A DNA stretch of 33,107 nt, from positions 31,557,230 through 31,590,336 of the forward strand of contig JBOZIK010000001.1 in the NCBI GenBank assembly GCA_051453625.1, in the 5' to 3' direction. Position 1 is the stretch's first letter; the number at the start of each line of letters is the position of its first letter. This document shows positions 24,760-33,107 of the stretch, one piece after another. This DNA is from Welwitschia mirabilis (lineage: Eukaryota). The notes under the pieces were generated by a model. That model saw nothing but the letters and a program-made list of their open reading frames with translations. It had not been told where the DNA came from and did not search any database. The translations under genes were made by a program, and so were the position numbers.

Positions 24760-25170
24760 AATAATGAGTTTCTTATTCCCTTCATATCATTCCCTCATTC
24801 CTGTTTATGTGTTAATAATGCAATAGGCTATTGCAAAAATGGTTTTTTATAAGAGTGAGAGGTATCCTCCATTATATTCTACATTAAGAATGACCACATA
24901 TATATGGTAAAAAGATTCTTCAATTTGTGTGACTAGATCCTTAATAACTCTAATGAGTTTTTTAAGAGTTGCATTAGCTAGTTATAACATATGTTTTGTT
25001 GATATAATCCTATTTTCCAACCCAAAATTTTTGCAAATGTAAAATGTCATAATGTTGGCATTAGCTCCTCTGTATATTAATGCCTTATTAATATTTTTGC
25101 TTTCTTTTAAGACAACACTAGCTAGAGTAGTCCCTGGGTCTTTGAATTTTGAACATTTTTGTGCCACTAG
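24760..25170 (-). pseudogene. pol: Athila-type aspartic protease, copy C
   Basis: ORF 24982-25167 KFKDPGTTLASVVL...NKALIYRGANANIMTFYICKNFGL matches PKLKDPGSF.IPC.IG.....AL.DLGAS.N.MP..IY..LGL; the catalytic Asp reads Tyr here. Confidence 0.88.
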
Positions 25171-27105
25171 GTTAGAAAAGGAATTTGTCTATGAATACCC
25201 TACTTGGTATGGTTCTTTTTTATTTTTTCTTGAATAAGTCTTTCTACATTTTATTGTATTTAGGATTATTTCACAATATTTTCTAAAAAGAAATGTTGAT
25301 TCCCACATCTTACATAATTACCTTAAGATAATCATCATAAGTAGGATTATCCTTTAATCTTTCTAGCTAAGGGGTTGTGGGTTTATTTACTATGTTTTCA
25401 TTACTTTTGTTATGGTTAAAAGTTTTTTCTTTTAAGAAGCTAAAGGAAAACTAGATTAATCAGTAATTTCTATGTCATCATCATGTATTTTATTTTCTTG
25501 ATTATAAGAAGTAAATGGTTCCTCATTAGAACTTGTATCATGTCCACTTATTGTCACTATCTTCTAATTGTTTTTAACATCATATGGATTAGGAATGGTT
25601 TAGGTTGGAAGGGAACCTTAAGGTCTTTGATTTTATAATATGGGTTTTTGAAATATTTCTAAAGATTTTTAATATTTTATTTGATGGATTTTTTCATGTT
25701 CTTCAATTCCTCAATTGGCTTTTCAAGGGAATCATTCTTAATTTAGTTTTGAGAGTTGGTCTAAGAATTATTAGATTAAAGGTTGTAGTCTGAGAATTAT
25801 TAATGTTTCTTTTGTATCTATTTTTAAAATAGAGTTTTAAGGTTAATTATGGTCCATTATTTCATGCTTAAAATGATTGATTATTGGGTTTCTAATTAAA
25901 TACATAAGCTTCTTCATAGATCATTTCTCTACATGTTGGTAAGGAAGGATTATTTTTGATGTAAGAAAAGTTGTCTTTACATATTTCACAATGAGAATAA
26001 GGAATTGGAGGTTGGGATTTTTTATTTAACATTTTTGTATTAGCTAATTCATTGGTATAGTTTTTCAAAGTGTTGGTGAGATATTAAATTATATTGTTAG
26101 GTCTAGATTGCTCTTCATATTGTACTTTCTTTNNNNNNNNNNNNNNNNNNNNNNNNNNNNNNNNNNNNNNNNNNNTGGTTTAAGCCATGTTTAACTAATT
26201 TCCACTAATTCTTATAAGAGTTCACAAGCGTCATCTAAATTCAAGTTGGGTAAATTTCCATCCCATGCAAAATACACTAGTTACTTGATTTGCTTATCTA
26301 ATCCACTATAAAAGTGATTAACACGTTCTTCTCTTGAAAATTCCTCTAAATATTAGACATCACATCAATTAAAATCTCTCATAGATTATAGGATAAACCT
26401 CATAATGTGTTGTGTAAATTTGGTTATATATATATATTTTTCTTTTTTCACCTAATGGTTGTTTCACTCATGAACCTTTTTATGAAGGCATCTTGAACTT
26501 GTTCTCAAGTCTTAAGGCTTTTTTGGGGATAGTTTTCAACCAGATTTTAGCCTTTTCTCTAAGGGTGATGGGAAACTAATTATGTAAGTCCTATTAGCTA
26601 CCTTTGTTTCCTAATTTCCTAAGATTAGAATGAGTTATTTTATTTCAACTAAGTGTTGAAGAGGGTCTTCTTCATCATCTCCTAAAAAGGTAGAATAGGC
26701 TTAAAGGTTTTTAAGTTTTACATCATCTCTATTAGATAGGTTAAAATAGGTTTGGAATCTATTTTTTTCTTTGAGCTATTCTATCCTTAAAATTTAATGA
26801 GGTAAAAGTAGAGTAGAGGTTGATATGTTTAAAGGTTTAAAAGAGAAAACGATTTGAGAGATAGGCTCTTTAAAGGTGTTTAAAGAGGAAAACAATTTAT
26901 AAAATAAATTGCTTTTACAAATAGGTAAATGAGTTTTAGAAATGTGAAAATTAGAATAATCATCTTCTTATATTTTAGATTTAAATGAAGCTTTCTCCCC
27001 TCTAGTTCTTGAATTAAAATCCACTAACCTCTTTAAATTATTTTGCTAATAAATTTCTTCTTATATTAGTTCTTTTTATGAATTACCATTTCCTTTCATT
27101 TTCAT
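25171..27105 (-). pseudogene. gag: Athila-type gag (Retrotrans_gag, zinc knuckle, gag-protease linker)
   Basis: TFLGDDEEDPLQHLVE (~26645-26695); FPITLREKAKIWLKTIP...T*EQVQDAFIKRF (~26470-26575); HFYSGLDKQIK*LV.FA..GNL...DACELL (~26210-26320); CEICKDNF (~25970-25992); GSLPT*TIPNP (~25585-25620). Possible ATG at 27105. Confidence 0.9.
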
Positions 27106-27444
27106 AAAATGTTAAACAAACTTCTTTACTCCCAAATGGAAAAATTCCTTTTAGATCACACAAAAAATAAGAAGGGGGCTATATCAATAATGAATGTGGC
27201 ATCCACTTAAATTAAGTGTAACACAAAGTATAGTTCAAGTTTGTTGAAAACACTAGTAATCTTCCAACTTTGAATAAGCAATAAAACTAATAGAAATTTA
27301 AAATTCAAGCTAAACTATGATAGTGAAAGTGAAAACTAACATAGGAAAAAGGAAAACTACATGTATCGACTACATAAGTAAACATATTAAAATCAATTTA
27401 ATTACTTGAGTAGTGAAAATCAATCTTATAAATGCTTTTGAACT

Positions 27445-27464
27445 CCTTCCTAGTGATGGTGCCA
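27445..27464 (-). promoter_or_regulatory. Decayed Athila-type primer binding site (tRNA-Asp class)
   Basis: Minus strand TGGCACCATCACTAGGAAGG, 3 nt after LTR ...CCAACA. It differs from Athila TGGCGCCGT(C/T)GCCGGG only by G>A/C>T changes at CG/CCG positions. Confidence 0.85.
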
Positions 27465-27467
27465 ACT

Positions 27468-28560
27468 TGTTGGAGTATGTGTCATGTCCTTTTCTTTAAT
27501 TAATCATCTTCAAATACAACTTGCAATCTTAGTAGCTAATGCACACAAAAAACACTAGTATAGGGAACCAACCCAAATATTTTACTCTAGAAATAAATTT
27601 AAAAGTGAATTTAGGGGATTCAATAAAAAAGGATTAAAATTATTTTCTATTCTAAATTTCATAATGATAAATGATGAAAATGCAAAAACAAGAAAAAGTA
27701 AAATGAATGAATGTAAAGATGAGATGCATGCCTACATGGAAATACTAACCAAGTTTACCAACACTATATTAAAATTACAATTAACTTGATTTTAATATAA
27801 CATAGAGAGAAATTAATAAAGATAAAATGATATTTTATTAACCATCATGCTTCTTACATCAATGGTAAAGTAGTTGTTCCTCAATGAAGGATACATAGCC
27901 TAACATGAAGGAAAAATCCTCTTCTAAGTTATATGGATCCCTTACCCAAAATGTTCTAATATCATAAGTGATTTTGATGCAAGAAAGATATGAAATGGAG
28001 AACTAAAGAGGGTAATTTATGAGTTTGGATTGACTATTCAAGATACTAAGTATACTAATATATTAAGAGTAATCAAATTACTAATTTTTTAATGTCTTCT
28101 TAATGAAAAATTTTATTGATGTAATGTGTTCATAGCATAATGTCTTCTTAGTATAATGTGTTCTTCTACATGTCTTATTAATGTAACATTTTCTTGATGT
28201 AATGTCTTCTTGGATAGGTGGAATTTGTCATGATGAGTCCAACGCTTAAACTTTAGATCATGATGCATTTACTAATTAATGATATTACCATTTGTCATCA
28301 ACGTCACCACCATGTCACTATTACATGTCATTGTCACATGTCACTACCACATGTTACTACCAGATGTCATTACCACATGTCACTACTACATGTGTTCCTC
28401 AAATCCTCAATAATTACTTCATTTTGATTCAAATTATTATTAATTATTTATCTTTGGTATTTGACATAAAAAGTGGATAATTTGATCATTAAATTTGTAA
28501 AAAGGACCTAAAAACATACTTTAAACATGATGTTAAGTATGATCAATTTGGCTTGCAATA
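27468..28560 (-). repeat. 5' LTR (1093 bp) of the gag-protease element
   Basis: + strand TGTTGG...GCTTGCAATA (decayed CAACA). Collinear with 15265-16614. Carries ~8 x 16-bp (28088-28213) and ~8-9 x 13-bp (28285-28395) arrays. Confidence 0.9.
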
Positions 28561-28799
28561 CTTCTTTGAATAATATTTACAATTTTTAATTAAATATTGA
28601 TTGATCAGATGATTTATTATTAGTTTAAAATAAAAAGGGATTATGACATGGTAAAATTTATCTTTACCATTCTCCATGATAAAATAGTTTAATGTATGCA
28701 GAATCTTAGTAATAGACTTATAAATGGAAAATGAAGATTCAAATACATCCTCTATTTTAAGAATAATTTGAGAAGAGATGGGATCGGTACTCTAAATGC

Positions 28800-29300
28800 A
28801 CATATTTATTTAATTTAAAAAAAGGAAAAAAAACAAGCACACTAGAGAGAACAACAAGAGAATTCAAAAAGTAGAAAGATCTATAAATTTGGAAGTAATA
28901 ATGAACCCACTCTAGGTTAAGAAACACTATAAGTAAACTTACTTAATAAAATCGTAATTTTTTAATAAAGATATAATTTTTTATATGAGTTAGTACTTTT
29001 TCTGTTTGTTTCATTAATGTATTCTTTTACAAGTATTCACTTGTTTATAGTTTATAACATGATAAGTATTAAGATTAGAAGATTGCACAAAATAGAAAAC
29101 AAATTAAAATAGAATCCTATATCTTAAAGTAAGATACATACTTTAGGATAAACTTTAGGATAAATCTTTATTAATCAAGTTGATTTTCCACCTAAAGTTA
29201 AAACTTTAGAATAAACTTTAGATTAGTCTAATTTATAGGATTTGGCTCTTTAGTTAATTCTTAGAAATAGTAGATATCAAATAAACTAATGCATCTCATA
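28800..29300 (-). repeat. Possible decayed LTR fragment of another family, with 12-bp repeats AAACTTTAG(G/A)AT
   Basis: Reverse TATA-like CTATAAAC at ~29043-29050 next to TGTATTC..TTACAA, a layout common in reversed LTRs. Paired 12-mers at 29140-29163 and 29201-29223. No partner LTR in the window. Confidence 0.3.
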
Positions 29301-30037
29301 AGGCTTAAATAATTAATTTTTTTTAAATTCATATGTATCTGTTAAAGGGGTAATTGACTCTTTGAAGACCTATGTTACCTTTTTTTTTAACTATGCCTCA
29401 TCATTTTTGTTTCTCATTATTTACATTAAATCTAAATTCCATGGTATTTGAGCTTGAAGATCCTCTTCATGAACCCTTGAAGGCCCTATTTAAACTCTAG
29501 TATCTTATGATACAACAATTAAATATAATACTTAAGCTTCAAGATCCTCTTTGAAAATCCTATGATTGTTAAATACACCTTTAAGATTTAGGATGTTGTG
29601 CTATCTTAAACACCTAAATACACTGACTGAATTACTCTCTCTCTTATTAACCTATAACTCAAATGTCCCCTTTGACTATGAGGTACATACTTCAACTTAC
29701 ATTTAACATTATTTTTTAACATCATTAACATCAATTTTTACATTAACACAACATCATTTCTATCTTAACTTTGAAGTCTTCTTTGATTATGAGTTATCCT
29801 CTTTTTACTTACCCCATTACTTCTCATTTAATTATTTTAGTCCATATCATTAGTACTGAATTCCACTTTAATGCCAAAATATTTACTAAGTATTTATTTT
29901 AGTAATTCATTAATAGCCTTTATTATTTATAAATAAGTAGGATAGTAATCTGTTATTTATTTCTTACCATTAGAATTTCTTTTTTTTGTAGTAAATTGCT
30001 TTAGATTTTCTCTCATGATAATACATGTAGTAATTAT

Positions 30038-30215
30038 AAGCTTGAAACTTTCAGAATTCATCTATACTTAAAACTTATAGGGTTTATTTAAGTGGGAAAA
30101 TTATGTGGGCTATTTAAACTTAAGACCTATATGGTTTATTTAAATTTGAAACTTTCATAGTTTATTTAATCTTAAAATATACCTAGTTTATTAAAAATTT
30201 AAAATTAAAACTTAT
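30038..30215. repeat. Degenerate ~27-bp tandem repeat (TTTATTTAAACTT(A/G)AAACTT...G)
   Basis: About 5-6 units, e.g. TATTTAAACTTAAGACCTATATGGT, TTATTTAAATTTGAAACTTTCATAGT, TTATTTAATCTTAAAATATACCTAGT. Confidence 0.65.
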
Positions 30216-30439
30216 CTAGATAATCTATTTATTAGGCTTACAAGTATAGTTCCAAAGTAATTGAGGTTGGAACTACTTTTATTTGAATATAGATTTAAAT
30301 AAGAGTTTATCTAACTATATGAATCATTTATTTTATAAAATCAAAATTTATCTCTTAAATAAGTTTTTAAAGTTATTCTAAGATCCATGTTTGAAAACGT
30401 TTAAGAAGAGAACTATTAAGCTTCGATGATAGCATTGGT

Positions 30440-31500
30440 TGATAATAAGCAAAAAATATAGCATAGAAATAGTGTTTAATTTTTATAACAATTTAAAATA
30501 TGTTACAGATAGTCAAATTCTTACCACAAATGTGAATAACACTATAATTGGTTTCTTTCAATAAGATATTAGAGGAATACTTCAACTTTAAAAGGGAAAA
30601 AAATCCATTCAAAGTTTAAATAAGAATAAAGAGATCAAGTTGTACATGATATTATTTGAAAAGTTTTAAATAAGAAAGGGAGGATTGACTATAATAAAAT
30701 TTACAATCTAAATTACTCATAATAACTCAACTAGTTTTTGTACTTATTAAATGAAAGAAAATGAGTTTGCTTGGGATGTTTCTAGATAAAGATATCAAGG
30801 ATGCTACAAAATAGAAAATTGTTATTATAGTTAGACGCATGTTTTAGAATTTAACTAGATATATAATAAAAATAAGAAAGGTGGAAACATCTAGAATCAT
30901 TATGTTAGAATTGTTATTTTTAATCATAAGTATGTTTAAAAGAATATTAAACCCTCAAATCAATAAAACTTATGTTGAATTAACTATCTAATCTCTATTC
31001 GGTGTCAAGGAATTAAGTGTTCTGAAAGTAAAAGAAGAATAAAGTTAAGATTATAAACCATTAATACCTAAAATTAAGTAAATGTTCTTTCCTATCAAAT
31101 AATTAATTTTTCATCTTAACCTTTAAAATCAAATGAAATTCAGACTTTCTTCACTCATCTCTAGAAAATAGAATAGGGGTCTCTTTTTTTCTCAAAATAG
31201 TTCTTGTCTCCTCTAATTCTTTGATAGGATCTTTTCCCAAACATCTAGAGAAAGATAAATTAAATACTATTTATAATTTCTTAAATGCTTTTAAAGAGGA
31301 ATTTAAATCAATCATTCAAAGAAGAGATGAGATTTCTAAGCTATAAAATGAAACTTCATGTTTAAAAATAGAAAATAATTTTTTAAATAATAATTTAACT
31401 AAGAAAAAATAACTATATTAAGTTGCAATAAGAATTATAAAAGGCTAACAAAGCTAAAGAAATCTAGATTTTAGATTTTAATATGAAAACCAACATAAAA
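30440..31500 (+). pseudogene. Decayed env-like / accessory plant-retrotransposon ORF
   Basis: From 30463 reads IEIVFNFYNNLKYVTDSQILTTNVNNTIIGFFQ*DIRGILQL*KG, matching the LV.EFY.NL......I.S.V.G..I.F....I..IL.LP pattern of Athila-type env-like ORFs. Coiled-coil-like KEEFKSIIQRRDEISKL*NETSCLKIENNFL near 31290-31390. Confidence 0.6.
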
Positions 31501-33017
31501 TTAAGATTATATTATGAATTAATAACAAAATTAGAGACCACTTTAAAAGAAAATAATGCCTTGGAGGCTTATCTAGTAAATAAAAAAATATATTGATCTC
31601 CATATAAAAAATGATAGTTTCTAAAAAATAATGCCAATTATATATAGAGCATTAATAAAACTTATTACATTCATGCATAATGAGAACCCACCATCATTAA
31701 ATAAATTATATTAAAAAAATATGTATATTTAAAAGGAATAAATTAAAAAATATATGAAGATTCAAATGAAAGCTATCAATTAGAGATAGATATGGATGAA
31801 GGCATTAAATCAAAATAGTATTTACTAGAAAACTTTGAAGGCTAATCCAAACTATTATTTAGTTGTTATATGAAAATAAGGCTTTAAAGGACAACCTAAA
31901 GGCTAAAGCTCTATAGGATTATTTTTCTAGAATCCCAAAGAATCATCAATTTCATGAAAAATTTTATCTATTTTTAGGGCCTTCTTAGAAAATGTTAATC
32001 CCAAAATAAAAACTTAGATATCAAAAATAGAAAAGGAAATAAAAGAACCTATGAATAAATATTTTACTTATTTAAAAATTAATATTAAAATAGTATGTCT
32101 AAGATTGACTCAAGTATTTGTTTAGAACCTAGAAAAAGAAATATGAAATTCATGATTAGAAAAGAAAATAGAATGTAAACATGAAGAGTTAGTAGTACCC
32201 AGGAGCCTAGATAATTATCTTAAAAACTATATAATTTTATAAATTACATTTCAAAATAAATTAGAAAATGTCACTTAGATTTAAATACAATTAAAAGATA
32301 TCATTCCAAAAACCTCTAGTGCATGAACTAAGATTCAAAAAATATTTAAAACAAGCATTATAGAGTGAGATAAAATAAAAGTGGAATTTGATTAGAAGAA
32401 AGAAGTATTATCCACGAAGGACATTAGCACTCTAATGAAGGAAATAATAGCTAAACTTTATAAAATAATGGAATATTATAAAATAGACATGAAAAGTTAT
32501 ATAGTGAAATCATAAGATATTAAAATGTTATACCTCTTTAAAGATAGAATGATAAATTATATGAAGATGTTAAAAGGAACAATTTCAAATATGTTTTTAA
32601 AGACAAATAAAGAGAATACTTTAGGCATATGCATCATTTCTATTAAGAAAAATTATAGCAAATGAGACATAATGATCAAAACAACACAAGAACTACCCAT
32701 TACTAAAAATGCCCATGTAGCATCTAAGAAATAAATCCTAAAAATATCCCTAAGTAAGCCAAGGGTTCCTTAAGATATATGGATAGGAAAAGGATCATTC
32801 AAATAAAAATTAAAGTTTAAATAATTAGAAATAATTGATCTATAATACCTTACCTTTTAAAATAATAAAGGAAGCTTTTGGACTAGATAGAATAAGCTTT
32901 TGATTCAAATAGCATAAGAAATAAAGATAGGTTAATTGGTACAACATATTAAAGAACTTGATTTTTAAGAAAAGTAACCCTTTATCATTAAGAAAAGGAG
33001 ATGACTAATAAAATATT

Positions 33018-33107
33018 AAGTGTGGGGGAAACTAATAAAGATAAAATGTTAAATAATATTTTGCATAGTTAGTTTTATATTTGATAATTTCATAGTTAAT
33101 ATATATA
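33018..33107 (+). mobile_element. Athila-type PPT (AAGTGTGGGGGAA, 33018-33030) and start of a 3' LTR (~33033 to window end)
   Basis: GACTAATAAAATATT-AAGTGTGGGGGAA-AC-TAATAA (probably decayed TGATAA), downstream of the env-like ORF as expected. Confidence 0.7.

Larger units (their letters stand above)
15265..28560 (-). mobile_element. Non-autonomous Athila-lineage LTR element (LTR-PBS-gag-protease-2.45 kb unknown-PPT-LTR), 3' internal part present three times
   Basis: Homologous LTRs at 15265-16614 and 27468-28560, PBS at 27445-27464, PPTs at 16618-16626 and 22321-22330. Gag and protease motifs present; no RT/RH/INT motif recognised between protease and PPT. Confidence 0.88.

Noticed and set aside
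5822..25793. Short F/I/L-rich ORFs (5822-6025, 11026-11223, 18007-18189, 20446-20670, 23985-24170, 25052-25237, 25605-25793)
   Set aside because: These are antisense or off-frame shadows of AT-rich TE sequence with no recognisable motifs.
28292..28480. ORF with repeated MSLPHVTTTC
   Set aside because: It is the translation of the 13-bp LTR tandem array and starts at a non-ATG codon.
15260..28565. Target-site duplication for the minus-strand element
   Set aside because: Flanks ATTTT (15260-15264) and CTTCT (28561-28565) match at only 3 of 5 positions, and the two LTRs may come from different copies.
1..33107. Fungal origin with RIP, or a prokaryotic/organellar locus
   Set aside because: The PBS types, Sirevirus LTR motif and Athila gag/pol motifs belong to plant lineages. 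No intact gene or operon structure is present.

Overview
This window is plant nuclear intergenic DNA, very AT-rich (about a quarter GC by eye) with CG and CHG visibly depleted, from a gapped draft scaffold. I see no host gene, RNA gene or CRISPR array. It consists of nested, heavily decayed LTR retrotransposons. (1) Small copia/gypsy fragments at 1-2140. (2) A minus-strand Sirevirus-like Ty1/copia at ~2140-5047: LTR with repeated palindromic motifs, tRNA-iMet PBS, deleted gag, protease, integrase start. (3) A plus-strand Athila-like Ty3/gypsy at ~5394-15264 (gag, protease, RT, RNase H, integrase) present as four overlapping diverged pieces separated by exact 100-N gaps. (4) A minus-strand Athila-lineage element at 15265-28560 with ~1.1-kb LTRs, a decayed tRNA-Asp-type PBS, gag and protease but no RT/RNase H/integrase; its 3' internal region occurs three times, and a TGTAACACCC-type LTR start is nested in its left LTR. 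(5) An Athila-like 3' region with decayed env-like/extra ORFs, a PPT and an LTR start at ~29340-33107. The most interesting item is the amplified gag-protease-only (TR-GAG-like) family with a conserved ~2.45-kb unexplained segment in place of pol. All protein calls come from manual translation through stops and frameshifts and recall of family motifs; no database search was run and domain boundaries are approximate.
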